IMG/VR virus record: IMGVR_UViG_3300043029_000019
Direction: 5' to 3' (one strand)
From: an uncultured virus (IMG/VR IMGVR_UViG_3300043029_000019)
Lineage: Duplodnaviria; Heunggongvirae; Uroviricota; Caudoviricetes
Length of the DNA stretch: 64,000 nucleotides
This document shows positions 43,524-55,900 of this stretch, one piece after another. Each line of letters begins with the position of its first letter. Positions within the stretch are counted from its first letter, which is position 1. The position numbers were made by a program, and so were the translations under genes. Under the pieces are notes generated by a model. That model was not told where the DNA came from. It saw only the letters and a list, made by a program, of their open reading frames with translations, and searched no databases.

Positions 43524-44789
43524 TTACGCTTTCTTAAAGCAGAGCCGCCCGCCGATACCCGCATTCGCACCCGAAGCCGCGTTAGCCGCACCCCAAGAGA
43601 ACGGACCCGCACTCGCGCCGCTAGCCGCGCTACCGCCCACCCGAAAGACGCGGAGACCCGCCGCTTGGTAGAAATAGTCCGTCATTTTGGTGCTCGAACT
43701 GCCAGTTACATCGGCAGGGAGGACAAGCCCAAGCCCGCTATGAGGTACACCAGCATACCCATTGGTGTCGGGAAGCGTAATACCATCGCCCAAAGCGTCT
43801 ACGAGGGGTGTCCATCCCATCACAGAACTATAATCGAATGGCGGCTGCAGTTTGTAATAGACATCAAGATCACTGATAAGAGAAACCACACGATCCCAGA
43901 TGTTGCCGTAGGTGTTCTCGATCCCCAGCACCTGGGCATAGTCGGTAAGATAGCCGTCCGTGCCACCGGCTTGCACAGCACTGTGATAACCGCCTGCTGC
44001 ATCACCAAGTCCACAACGCCCGATATAGCTATCGTTGAGCCAATCACCACCAGATAAGGTAGTACGCCCGTTGCCGACCATGCTCTGGAAATTCCATCCT
44101 GCAAACCCCACAAGCATCAAGAGGCGTTCCCAATGCCGCAGCATAAAGTCGGCTTGCTGCCAGCCAGATCCCCGAGCTTCAGCTAGCGTGTCCGTTGCCT
44201 CCGTGGTCAGGCTGGCATGCCCCCAATCGCCTGTGCGGGTTGTGACGGGCCACACCGGGCTTGTCCCGTCTGCCGGGTCTTTAGCAATGGAGCAGAGCTT
44301 GCTGTTATAAACGCTACCCTCGTAAGCCCCGAGATAGACTGCGCTGAGGTCGGTAAACACCGGGTGTAAGGCAAACCCGTCGAGCGGCAGGTGACTGAGC
44401 AGGATGTAATACCAATCACCCCAGATGCCGGTTTTGACGTAGGCCGGTAGATACTCCATCATGATCTGACCATTACCGCCGGTAAGATCAACGTCTGTAC
44501 CATCCTCATGTTTGGTAAAGTCCGCCCAACTAATGCCTTTATAGACCGTTCCGTCATCGGCAAGGACAACGCGCCTTAGCTGCTGAAAGATCGGCGATAT
44601 GTAGGTGCCCGGGAAGCTACCCACGGCAAGGCCCTGCGCTGAACCGAGGCGTTGCCAAGTATCGGTGGTGATGTTGTAGGCGGCCCCGACATAGTTTGAT
44701 TGGGTCGCCCCTCCAATATCGCCGGTCATTGCCAGCATATTGGTGACAGCATCGTTAAGCTGGTCAAACGTATAACTTAAAGTACCCAT
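43524..44789 (-). CDS. Mtd-like receptor-binding protein with C-type-lectin C-terminus (DGR target type)
   Basis: YLGAYEG, GIENTYGNIW and terminal RVFRVGGSA.SGA.AG.F.W.A.NA.S.A.A.IGGRLCF. Confidence 0.85.
   Translation of the reverse strand: MGTLSYTFDQLNDAVTNMLAMTGDIGGATQSNYVGAAYNITTDTWQRLGSAQGLAVGSFPGTYISPIFQQLRRVVLADDGTVYKGISWADFTKHEDGTDVDLTGGNGQIMMEYLPAYVKTGIWGDWYYILLSHLPLDGFALHPVFTDLSAVYLGAYEGSVYNSKLCSIAKDPADGTSPVWPVTTRTGDWGHASLTTEATDTLAEARGSGWQQADFMLRHWERLLMLVGFAGWNFQSMVGNGRTTLSGGDWLNDSYIGRCGLGDAAGGYHSAVQAGGTDGYLTDYAQVLGIENTYGNIWDRVVSLISDLDVYYKLQPPFDYSSVMGWTPLVDALGDGITLPDTNGYAGVPHSGLGLVLPADVTGSSSTKMTDYFYQAAGLRVFRVGGSAASGASAGPFSWGAANAASGANAGIGGRLCFKKA
43536..43664 (-). repeat. Variable-repeat-like segment
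   Basis: Alternating A-free fixed codons (GCG, GGT, TCG) and NNY codons; GC-only tract GGCGGGCGGC at the 3' end. Confidence 0.65.
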
Positions 44790-44831
44790 TATGCTTCCCT
44801 TTTTGTGTAGACAGGTTCGCCGTTTCCGTCA
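44705..44831 (+). repeat. Direct repeat, right copy
   Basis: Identical to 1-127. Confidence 0.97.
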
Positions 44832-44935
44832 TATACCGGCTCTTGTTTTCCGGAGCCGTTGAGGGCGTAAAGGCGCACAGTGGCAGATTTATTGTTCCCA
44901 GTATTTGTGTATCCAACGTTAAACCCGAAATCCAT
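44789..44935 (-). CDS. 48-aa adaptor peptide, homolog of 85..228
   Basis: MDFGFNVG...RLYALNGSGKQEPVYDGNGEPVYTKREA. Confidence 0.75.
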   Translation of the reverse strand: MDFGFNVGYTNTGNNKSATVRLYALNGSGKQEPVYDGNGEPVYTKREA

Positions 44936-44937
44936 AA

Positions 44938-45528
44938 TCAGGAACCTTTCTGCGGTGTCAGCATCAGATCCTTATCCTTACTTCCCCTGGAACTACCGAA
45001 CTCGAACTGGTGGGCTGACTGCAGCCCTGATCCAAACTGGCCCGCCAAATACCCAAGCGGTCCGTTCATCACGCCCATAGCTGCCGATCCTTCGCCGGTA
45101 AGTGCCGTAATGCTGACGTACACCATGGCCGCGAGACAGCAAAGCAATCCAGCCACATCACCGATAATCATCAGATTGGCCCTCATATTACTGCTTCCGG
45201 AGGCCCGGATTTTTTCGTCACGTTCCCTGGCGTCCTGAATATCGGCGGTGTCGATTTTGCGGTGCTCGATGCCGGCATTGACCAACAGGCGTTTTTCTTC
45301 CAGAGCCAGTTCAGCCAGTTTGCCCTTATGCTTGATCTCGGCGGTCTTGAGCTTGACGAACGCCTCCGGGTTTTTGGCCAATTCAGCCTGGACGGCCTCC
45401 GGGCTTTCTTCGCATCCAAGCACGTTTGCTACCAGTTTTCCCGCCGCTGTTCCGACGGGACCACCAAGCAATCCCCCGATAACGGGTGCGGCCTTGCCTA
45501 TGACGCTGCCTATATCCTTCCAGGTCAT
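44938..45528 (-). CDS. Holin-like membrane protein
   Basis: MTWKDIG...APVIGGLLGGP...DIQDARER, two TM segments, FEFGSSRGSKDK. Confidence 0.75.
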   Translation of the reverse strand: MTWKDIGSVIGKAAPVIGGLLGGPVGTAAGKLVANVLGCEESPEAVQAELAKNPEAFVKLKTAEIKHKGKLAELALEEKRLLVNAGIEHRKIDTADIQDARERDEKIRASGSSNMRANLMIIGDVAGLLCCLAAMVYVSITALTGEGSAAMGVMNGPLGYLAGQFGSGLQSAHQFEFGSSRGSKDKDLMLTPQKGS

Positions 45529-46106
45529 GCCTTCCCTCCCCGTTCACGCTGCCATTTGATAGCACCGTCAGCGATCGCCCGCGCCAGAAGAGCCTGGTTC
45601 TCCTTAGTGCCAAGCCAAACAGCCTCTTCGGCATGAGTGATAAACCCCATTTCAACTAAGATCGCCGGGCCGAAAGTCCTGCGGCACATCCAGAGATTCT
45701 TTTCCCTGTCCTTGTCCCAAACCTGTTCCCCGTCAGTTATGTCATACCGGAGTCTGCGCATGGGAAAAGCGTTCTGGATAGCATTGATAACGTGATATGC
45801 AGCGCGGTCACTGGCCGTCTCGCCGATAGAAGTCCACACTTCAAAACCATGGGCACCAACATTTACGGCAGCGTTACAATGCAGGGATATGGTCAAATCC
45901 GGGGACAGGTGATGTTCGAGATTGGTGCGGCCGCGCAGTGAGACAAACTTATCTTCCCGTCGCGTCATCCATGTCTTGCCGCCCTGCTCTTTCAAGCAGG
46001 CAGCCAAGAGCGCAGCAACGGAAAGATTGATATCGCACTCGCGAAGACCTTGGGCCACAGCACCGGGATCCTGCCCGCCATGACCGGGATCGATAAGAAC
46101 ATTCAT
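45525..46106 (-). CDS. Endolysin, N-acetylmuramoyl-L-alanine amidase (Amidase_3)
   Basis: IDPGHGGQDPGA..E, ISLHCNA, PAILVEMGFI. Confidence 0.95.
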   Translation of the reverse strand: MNVLIDPGHGGQDPGAVAQGLRECDINLSVAALLAACLKEQGGKTWMTRREDKFVSLRGRTNLEHHLSPDLTISLHCNAAVNVGAHGFEVWTSIGETASDRAAYHVINAIQNAFPMRRLRYDITDGEQVWDKDREKNLWMCRRTFGPAILVEMGFITHAEEAVWLGTKENQALLARAIADGAIKWQRERGGKA

Positions 46107-46109
46107 GGT

Positions 46110-46340
46110 TTATCCTCCACCCTGTAATTTGGCTTTGAGTCCAGTCCACAATGCGCCTAGCAAGGCGGTGGCTAAAACCGTAAGCACGGCGTATCCGATC
46201 ACATTGGCAACGCGATCAAACTTTTTGAGCCATCGACGGACCAGCATGACTTCTTCTTCCGTAAACTGGCAGCCATGGCTTTTACTGGCCACGGCTTCGG
46301 CTATCGCCTGTACATCGGCTTCCGTAAGGGTTCGCTCCAT
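46110..46340 (-). CDS. Small single-TM lysis-region protein
   Basis: MERTLTEADVQAIAEAV, homologous to 3602..3829. Confidence 0.75.
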   Translation of the reverse strand: MERTLTEADVQAIAEAVASKSHGCQFTEEEVMLVRRWLKKFDRVANVIGYAVLTVLATALLGALWTGLKAKLQGGG

Positions 46341-46349
46341 CAGGTATCC

Positions 46350-46664
46350 TTATGCGCCGATCAACCCGCCGACTCTAAGGCTTCCTGCCCCGCCATCGCC
46401 ATAGACCGAGATCCCACCACCCCCGGGAACAAACTCGTAAAGCATTTCCCCAGGTTCAAGATAGATGCTTTTATTCGCGGGTCCGGCCTCACCACCAACC
46501 ACCCGGTAAAAACATGGCCCTGTCGTGCGCAGGCGCACATGCTTGCCGGCAAAACTTTTATCGACTACGGTTGCTTCGTTGGCCGAGAATGGAATAACCG
46601 TTTCCTGATAAGTGGTAGCGATCTGTGGCTTATCGCCCGGCCTCATGGGGGTAAGGACTGACAT
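46350..46664 (-). CDS. Small beta-rich virion protein (possible spike base)
   Basis: AAGGAG RBS; VRL.T...CFY...IYLEPGE..Y. Confidence 0.6.
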   Translation of the reverse strand: MSVLTPMRPGDKPQIATTYQETVIPFSANEATVVDKSFAGKHVRLRTTGPCFYRVVGGEAGPANKSIYLEPGEMLYEFVPGGGGISVYGDGGAGSLRVGGLIGA

Positions 46665-46816
46665 GCCTGCGCTCCTTTCGCACAAATAAAAAGCCCGGCG
46701 AGAATCTTTCGATTCGGGCCGGGCTGATGGGGCACCATAATAGGGTCCGTCAGAATCCGATTGAACATTTTTGTTTAGTCATAGTGGCATGAAGCGGTCC
46801 ACAGGTCAAGACCTGT

Positions 46817-46978
46817 TTATCCTGGCTGCAACAGGCTTAATGCCGCCACGAACACGACGCAACCAACCGGCACCATCCACAACAGGTGCAGGGGGGTGCG
46901 GCGACTGCTCCAACTCAGGTAGCAGGCAAAGAATAGCACGGCGAACAAGACCGCGTATTCAATGACGCTCAAGATCAT
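46817..46978 (-). CDS. 53-aa two-TM membrane protein
   Basis: Hand-translated MILSVIEYAVLFAVLFFACYLSW...VVFVAALSLLQPG, directly after the giant gene. Confidence 0.45.
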   Translation of the reverse strand: MILSVIEYAVLFAVLFFACYLSWSSRRTPLHLLWMVPVGCVVFVAALSLLQPG

Positions 46979-46986
46979 CTTCCAGG

Positions 46987-49900
46987 TCATCGGGTTACCG
47001 TCTGGTTATACTTGCGGTTAAACGCCATAGTCAGGCGCTGGATTTCTCGCTCGATACGTTCAATTCTATCCTTATACCGCTCCTTGTCCACGTTTTCCAG
47101 CTTTTCTTTACCTTGACGCAGCTTTGTAAGCCGCCGCCGCAGATGATCGGCGGTCCGTTTCAGGGCGATCTCGGGGTGTTCCTGCCGGTAGCGCATGGCA
47201 TCCCCTTTGCGGCCAGTCTCCATCATTTCTTTGAACAGACCATAATGCGCCGTCACCTTGTCCATGTGATTGTGCAAGTTCTGTCGGTCGTAGTAATCAC
47301 TCTTTTCCTGATAGACCTGGCGGGCAAACGGAACGCGCCTGATGGACAACTCTTCCCCTCTGGCCATAGCGGCCATGGCGTTGATGCTGTCGGCATAGAA
47401 CCGACCGGCACCTCCGGTTGCGAAATCCCAAAAGTGGTCCAACACTTCCGGCGATATGTCGACCACCCCAGGTTCAACACTGCTGCCACCCGTCAGTTCG
47501 TTAAGTTGTTTGGATATTGCCATGCTCAACGGCCGGACGCTCGACCAATACATCTCACTCTTCGGTTTCGGCGGGCCGAAAGACGGTTGATCCGGCATGA
47601 TCGGGGTACCCATGAAATTCTCGTTAGTTGCCACCTGCACGAACGGATCCATGATGGTCGGTGAGATCAGTTGCAACAGCGAATCATCACCACCCAGCGG
47701 GTTAAAGGCGTTCATGCCGGCATGGAACAGGCTCACCGCACCTTGGGCCGGGCTCTTGCCATGCTTGCCGCCACTGGTCAGGTAGGCGCGAACGTCGCTC
47801 ATGGTGTAACCCAAGGCTACGAACATATTGTACCCGTAGGGTAGTTTGACCTTGAAGGCGTCCCCCGATTCGTCACCGCGCATAAGCAACAAATTGGTGT
47901 GCTTGGTGTAATCGCTCACCTTGTCCCAGCGGTTTTCATCGTCGTCATCGTCGCCAGCCTGCAGCCGGTTTATTTCAGCCAGAGCAAAGGCGGTCAGAGT
48001 AATGCCTGCGCATATCTTCCTGGTGCGCTTGCTCTTGGCCAGGCTGGTGATAATCCGCGCCGATCCTTGAACGCCCGCATTGAAAAACAGATATAAAGCG
48101 TTGGCGGCCGGTCCGAGTTCCCCTTTGCGGTTGAAGTTGACGGTCAGGTTCTTGGCTAGGCTGGCGGCCTTGGCTTCACTCATGCCGTTCTCGATGGCGG
48201 TCTTAAAGGCCGACAGGCGCACCGCATTTTCCACCATGGTATTGTAATCGCCGATAAACTTGCCGACCTTCTGGACATATTTCCAGACCGTACCGAGCTT
48301 GCCGTCCTGCTCCCGTACCAGCTTCTGAATCTGTCTCTGCGTTTGATCGATGTTCTGCAGGTCCAGGTATCCCACCTGTCCGCCCGCTGCCTTGAACCGG
48401 GCGTACCACTTGGCCATGTCAGAATCGTTCGATCCGCGCAGGGCGTTACGAATCCCGCGCATAGATGCAGGAATGCCCTTTGCCACCTTGGCTGCGATCT
48501 TGGCACTTTCCTCCCCGGACAGGTTGATCATGGCCGTCTGAAAATCGCGCTCGAAGTTGGTGATGATGAATTCGGGATTCAGCGAGGTATTGACCATAGC
48601 CAGCACTCTATTCAACCAAGCCAAAGCGCGAATAGATTTGCCCTGGTCGGCTGCTCCAAGGTTTTTCATCACGCGGGCCAGATCCCTGTTTTCGATCTGA
48701 ATATAATGCACCTGGCCGTCGCGGGTTATCGGCAACACATTGTCAGCACGGATCCACTCAAAGTCGTCCACTTCGGCCACCTGCCGCGGCGGGGTAGCTT
48801 CCATCTCTGTACGAATCTCGGCGATCTCCTGTTGCAGCCTTTCGATTTCCGCGCCGTCCTCGGCCTTTTCAAGAGCGGCCTGCCTGCGCTGCAGCTTCCC
48901 CTTTAAGGCGGTAAAGGCCGGATTCTTGGCCAGCACCTGACGGGTCGGCAGATTGTCCCTGGTGCGTACCGTCCATAGCGACGGATCGGGGTTTTCTTCC
49001 ACCATCTGCAAGAAAGCCTTACCGACCTTCGCCCGTTCGGCCCGCACGATGGTATCGGCCACCTGGGCGGCCAGATGCGCCAGAATGTTCTCGGCTTCGC
49101 TGCGGCGTCCAAGCGCGGCCCTGGTGCCGGACTTGGTGACCGCAAACCCGCGTCCGATGCTGCGGCCGTGGCCTTCGTCCAATCCATCCGGCGCACCTTT
49201 GAGCGGCACATAGAAGTTGAACTGTTCCCAAGCGTCCAGCCGTTCCTGCTCTTCCAATCCTTCCTCGCGAATAATACGGCGCTGCATTTCGGCCATGCTC
49301 CAGACCTTTTGCGCCAAATTGTGCAGCACCCGCAATTTACCAGCCTTGCGGAACCCGTCGATAATCTTGGAAGCCTCGGCATCGGTCATGCCGGATCCAC
49401 CTTCCTCGAATTCCGGATTGATCTTCTGAATGTAGGCATTGCGCTCCGGGACATGCCTGGCGTACAGATACTGTTCCAGTTCATCAAGAGAAACCGGCGC
49501 TGCTTTGATTTCTTCCATCAGCGGTTCGATCTGTTCGGCCTCGAACTTGTCCAGACGATCCTTGGCAATGCCGTGATACAGTTCCTCGGTCAGATACGGA
49601 TTGTTGTCCTCGCGTTCTTGCCAGTCGCGTTTCTTCAACGCCTGCTGGGTGCGCTTGAGCGGCAGGAACTTGTCCTGGAACTTCATGCGCAGATAATCGA
49701 GGCGGGTGCCTATGGCCTCTTTGCCACGATCGATCCGGCTGGCTCGTGGAGTCTGTGCGGTTGCCGCGGCGGCGCGGGAGAACTTTATGGATTGTTCAGG
49801 TTTTTCGGACAACTCGCGTCTGCGGTTTTGGTATGCATCCTTTGCGGCTTCGATAAGTTCGGTATCGGATATGTCGTCTCGGACACCCTGCTGACCGTAG

Positions 49901-52900
49901 GAATCCACAACGTCACGCATGTTGGCGATCACACCTTCCTCCGTGACAAATCCGTTTGAAATAGGCTTCCCGGCTCGAAGGTCCAATAAAGATTTGTAAG
50001 CCCCTGCCAGTTGTTCTTCTATGCCGGCTTCATTGTCGACTGCATCTTGTTCAAAATCATAATCGTATTGAGATGCATAGTTGTCGAGCCATTCCCTTTC
50101 TTCGGCAAGCCGGGCGTCCAAATCTTCGGCCAATCCATAGTCACCAGATTCATAAGCAGCATCCGTTTTCTTTTCGAGCTCGGATACCTTGGCATACAGG
50201 GCCTCAATGGCAGACTTGGAATAGGAGATACGAACCTCAGAGCCACCTTGTTCCACGCCCTTCTCCACATATTTCCGGGCTTTGGCCACCAACGCCACAA
50301 TATCGGCATCGGAGTATTTCATGTTGAAGCCCATCGAGCGCAACCAATCGCGGATCACGACAACGGCCCGTTTTAAAAAGCCGTTGGTTTCTCCACGCCC
50401 AGCGATCTCGGCAAGCCACTCTTCGGCGGCCCCGCGTCGTCCACCTCTGGTGCGCAAGTCGTAGCCCCAGCGGGCGGCAATCGGCACCAAGTCTTTACGA
50501 CGTACATTGCCAATCTGATCAAGAATGCTGTTGAAATCCTTGCCCAGCATGCCGCGCAGGCCGTAATGACCGACCACTTCATGCAACAGCACATGAGTGG
50601 CGCGGGCGGTACTCGGCAGGGCGTCGGCAATCAGGAAGATGGTTCCGGTCTTGGGATCAAACACCCCATCGATTCCGGCCCCTTCATGCGGGTCATTGGA
50701 AAAGATATAGTTTTTCAGATGGTCCGGCAGGTCCTTTACGCTCTGCACCGCCTCGATGCGCGGGGCGTTCTTCCAGTTCTGCAGGATCGGGCCAATAGTC
50801 TGCAAGACCTGCTGTTTGGTGAGGCGTGCTTGCTGTTGCGGGGTTTTGCGGGAATAGACAGGATCGCTATCCGTTTCCGATGCCGCATCGGCCTCTGCCG
50901 AAAGCTCCTGTTCAACCTCTTCAAGGCGACGCTGCTTTTCTTCCAGTTCCTGCTCTTTCGGGAAAGGTTCATCCACCAGGCTTTCCAGTTTCGGAATCAT
51001 CTCCCGCGCCTTATCGGCCTTTTCCTTAAGTTGCTGCACGATTGTAGGGAATTCCCTAATCCTGCGAGAGATTCCGGCAGACAGGCCGCGCACTGCCTCG
51101 GCCAGGTTCTTGCCGCCCCTTCCAAGTGCTCCTGAATAACCGGTATTTACCAGCCAGGTTTTCCCGTCTTTGGCCTCAGCGAAAATCTCAACGATCTGTT
51201 CGCTACCGCCTATTCGGCCGCCTACAACTACCTGGGCCGACAGGTCAACCTCAAGCTCACCGAGCCGGACAGACCCGACTTGCGTTTCGTCCATTTCCGC
51301 CTGCGGATCCGCTTGATCAAGATTTGCCTCGATGGCGGCTTTGACCTTCTGCGTAATCGCTTTGTCCATAGCGGAACGACTGATGTAGGTATCGCCTTCA
51401 AACTTCGCCTCGAAGGCCATGCCATCGCCCAAAACTTTCTGCACGGCATCGTGCGCCTTGGTCCTCGCTGTGTACTTTTTGCCATCGACGTTGATGCTGA
51501 ACTTCTCGCCGTTTTCTGCCGCAGCATCGGCAAGCCGGGTAATGTGCCCTTTGGCCTCGGCGGCTTGAGCATACCCAAAGTTTACGGATTCACCGTCGTA
51601 GGTAATCGAGACTTTTCTGCTGTTGGCTTTTTCTTCGATCCCGGCCTGAGTCCCGGCGTGCTGGGCAAAAACCTCAACCGCATTCTCGTTTTCCAGCGCC
51701 CTCTGGTGATCGTCCAGTTCATCCCGCAGGCCATAGATGCGGCGACGGTGGGCGTTCTTCTGCCGGTTCAGCTTGTCGATCTCGGAGGTCAACTGTACCC
51801 GCTCAAGCTGCAGTGGTTCTCCGGAGGCAATCGCGGCGATTTCGGCCATACCGACGCTATCGGAGTCGTCAAACTCGATATTGAAATCCCCGGTGTAGTG
51901 ACGCAGGCCGTTGATCATCTTGAGCTTGGTCGCGTTCAGGGACCAGAGTTTGGCATCCACAGTGCGGTTGGTGGTGTAGGCCAGGATTTCAACTTCGAAT
52001 TTGTCGGCATACTTCTCAAACAGACTGTTGCCTTGGCGAATGATACGCCCTTCGCGCTGCTCAATATCCGACGGTTTCCACGTCACGTCCACATGATGCA
52101 GAGCAACTAAACGCTCCTGCACGTTGGTCCCGGCCCCCATGCGCGGGGTGGACCCGAACAGCACCCGGACCTTACCGGCGTTTACTTCCTCGAACAGTAG
52201 CTTTTTCTGATCGTCGGTGGTGGCCTCCTGCACATAGCGAATTTCATTTTCCGGAATGCCGCTTTCGATCAGGCGTTTTTTGATCTCGTCGTAAGCGTTC
52301 CATCCTCCCTGCTGGGCAGCTTTCAACGAGGCCATTTCGTTTTGATCGTATTTCTCAAGCTGGTCACTGAGTTTCATGGCCTTGGCTTCGTCGCCAGCCT
52401 CTTCGGCCTGCTCCAACTGCCGCACCAAGCTATCGTACTTGGCAATTTTGGCCGCGTCACCCTTGGCTTTGGGCACACTGCGATCCAGGAAGACAAGCTG
52501 TGTCCCCTTGTCCTTCTGCCAGGCGTCGTAGACCCGCTTGACTTCCACGGCCACCTGCTCCAGTTTGCCGCCTTCGCCGTTGTCCTGGATATAGGGATCG
52601 ACCGCCCGGGCATCGAGAGATACCTTGCGGGCGCGGTCCATCAGTCGTAGCCGTTCGGCGTTGCGCTGGTCCACGTCCTCTATGTCCGGAAGATGGTCGA
52701 ACCCGGATACGATATCTTCGATGATGCGTTCCTGCACCTCCGACGGCTCGACGTTGACCGACCGACGTCCACCACTCTTGACCTTGGGAATAGGGAATTC
52801 GGCCCCGTCGTTGTCCTCTTTGTACCACTTCTTGATATCATCGTTGGAAACAGCGTCGGCGAAAGAATAGTACAGGTCCATCAAAGAGCGCATATTGGAC

Positions 52901-55900
52901 CAGTCGCGGCCAATGCGGTTGACCTCCTTAAGCCCCCGACCGCTTTCCTTCGGCTCGAACGCTGTGCTCACGCTGGCAAACTGACTGCGCCAAGCGTCAA
53001 AATGTTCCAGCCCCATTTCCTCCAGAGCGTCAGCGGCCAGATAACGCATGATACCATACAGTTCCACGGCGCTGTTGGATACCGGGGTGCCGGTCATGAA
53101 CGCCACGCTGCCATTTTTGGACTCACGCAGTACCCGCACCTTCGACCACAGATCATACGCCTTGGCCGAACCGGCTTTCGGATTCATGCCGCGCACGTTG
53201 AGACGGGAATGGTAGAAGAGGTTTTTGAACTCGTGGGATTCGTCCACGGTCAGATCGTCAACCCCCATCTGCTCAAAGGTCAACAGGTTATCGCGCTTGG
53301 ACGCCCGTTCTTTGACCTTCTCCAGCCGCGCCTCGATGTTGTCGCGCAGCCGTTCGGCCTCCTTAACCGTCAATGGCTTGCGGCGACCGCTGTAACCTTC
53401 AGCCTCAGCTTCGGCTTCGGCCTCTTCCACGGCCTGAATCGCCATGCTCAATTCTTCCTGTAGATAGCGTTCTTCGGTGGCTGGAGATATGCCTATAAAC
53501 TGGAAAGAACTATGCGGTACGATGACCAAATCCCAATCGCCAGTAGCGATACGGGCGAACAAACGCTTACGTTTGTTCTTACTCAAATCCTTCACTCCGG
53601 CCGCCAACACCCTGGCCCCGGGATACAGGGTGTAAACATCCTTGGCCACCTGTTCGAGGATGTGGTTCGGAACCACCATCATTGGTTTTTTCGACAGGCC
53701 CATACGCTTGCGCTCGATGGCGCGGGCAATCGCGGTAAAGGTCTTGCCGCTGCCAACGGTGTGATCGTACAGCACAAAACGGTCGACAATACCGCGCCAG
53801 ATGCCATTGACCTGATGCCGGCGCAGTTTGATGATATGGTCGGGCACCTTGCCAGGGAATCGTAGGTGCGAACCGTCGCGCTGCTTGGTCACTCGCACGT
53901 TGAACATGCGGTTGAACAGGTCCACCAACTCGCGGCGCCGTTCGGAATCACGAAACACCCAATCGGTGAACTCTTCCTTGATCGTTTCAGCCATGTCGTT
54001 GGCCGCTTGGGTCGCTTCGGTGTCAACAAAGGTACGAGTGCTACCGTGACCGTCGCTGACGGTGCGCGTCACCTTGATAGCCTGGCTATTTAGAACATTG
54101 CTCAACAGGTCGACCACGTTCCGGCCCGGCGTGTTCCAACTTGCTGCACCGGACGTTGCGGCATTGCCCGTTACTGAAAAGGTATTGGTCAGGCGTGAGA
54201 ATAGCACCTTGGCCGGGGCTCCAGTCAGGTGTTCGACAAACGCAGCATACGTCTTTTCCGGAACCCAAGTCGCCCCAAGCGACACCGTTACTTTGTCAGC
54301 GGTCCATGGTTCGGGCTGCACCTTTTCGAGGGCGGCAATGTTCTTGTCCATCTCGGCCTGCTTGGCCGCTTCAAGCTTGCGTACCACGTTGCCGCCGAGA
54401 TATTCGTCCGCAGTTTCCCAGCGACCCGTCTCCGGGTCCTTGAAGATGACCGGGCTTTCCATACCGGTGTGCAATTCGTCAACCGCCCGCTGTTCGGTCT
54501 GTCCGGTCAAATCGGCGATCCGCTTCAAGTCGACCCCGCCCGTCTCAGACAACACCACGGCCAGGGCATCGGTGGCGCTGTCAGCACTGGTCGGTACTTC
54601 GTAGGGATAAACGATGCGTTTATCGAGAATATCGGCCGTTTTGACGATGGCTCCACGAGGCTTCAACCCCAAAGTTTTGGCGCGAGCCTTGGTGATCGGC
54701 GCTTTGTACTTGGCTTCGAGCGAACGGAGCAAAGCTCCATTCGGCAAGGCGTCCACGATGCGTAGCATCTTGCTCGAATTCATGTAATCGTGCTCTTTGA
54801 CAAACGCCTGATACTGTCGTTTGAGCTTCTTGCGGTTGGCCTCGATCTGTTTTCCTGCGGTGTTCTGCGTGTTCTCCAGGTTGATCTGTTCGATCAATGT
54901 ATCGAGGATTTGCACGGCCCCCTTAAGCCGCGCATAGCCCAGCTTGCCAAGTTTCTTGGTGCCGGGAATATCGGCCTCATTGTCATATACCCGCTCTTCC
55001 TTCTGATTGAGCTTGGTCGGTTTGCCGTTCGAACCGAGAACCTTGACCGGCTTGCCCTTTTTGTCGAGCTTGTCGACAACCTCGTACCACTTGCCATCTT
55101 CGTTCTGCTGCAAGCTGTTATGCCAAGGGGAGTCTTCGGTCAGGACCCGTTCGGCAAACAGTTCACCGCCGCCTGGGGCTTCTTTCTCATAAACTTGGAT
55201 CAGTTCGCCGTTGACGTTGAACATGACATTGCCGATCTCGCCGCCGCGCAACGCAACCTCAATAGAGGTCTGCAAATCCTTGAATGCTTGGCGGGTTCGG
55301 TCCTGCGGGGTTTCTGCCGCAAGGATGTTCTTGGGCAGGCTTTGAATACGAGTGTCAAGTTCCTCGGACAAGGACGTCCCAGGCTCCAGATGCACGTTTA
55401 CATCGTTGTGCATGTTCTGGCTGCCCGATCTATCCAAGGTGCCGATGATGTTCTGAGGATGTTTTTTGAAATACTCGTTGACGGTGATCGGATCGCCACC
55501 CAGCGGATCGGCAACTTCGTCGGTTCCCACCCACTGCACATCGTTACGGCTTTCAGGATCCGCGATTTTCTGCAAGACAATGATGTCGGTGACAACTTCG
55601 GTGCCAGCATTGGCCTTGAAAGCGGTATCGGGCAAACGGAAGGCGGCGACAAGATCGGCCTGGTCCGCAATTCTGGCGCGGGCCTCCTTACTCTTGGCGT
55701 CGAGGAAATAGCGCGACACGACGAACGCCTGCACACCGCCAGGCTTAAGCGACTCAAGACCGGCCAGCATGAACTGGTTGTGCATGGAGAACCGGTTGAA
55801 GTCGGGCGTGTATTTGAACCGCAAGCTGTTTTGGCTGAATGGCGGGTTGCCGATAACGAAATCGAAATAATCAGGGGGCAGCGGGATTTTTTCAAACCCG

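Larger units (their letters stand above)
128..44831 (-). mobile_element. Phage unit A: BPP-1-like temperate podophage, 44,704 bp between direct repeats, no integrase seen
   Basis: Gene order cI / early / replication / Q-like / terS-terL / portal / capsid / tail tubes / ejection proteins / fibre / lysis, bounded by the repeat 1-127 = 44705-44831. Confidence 0.8.
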
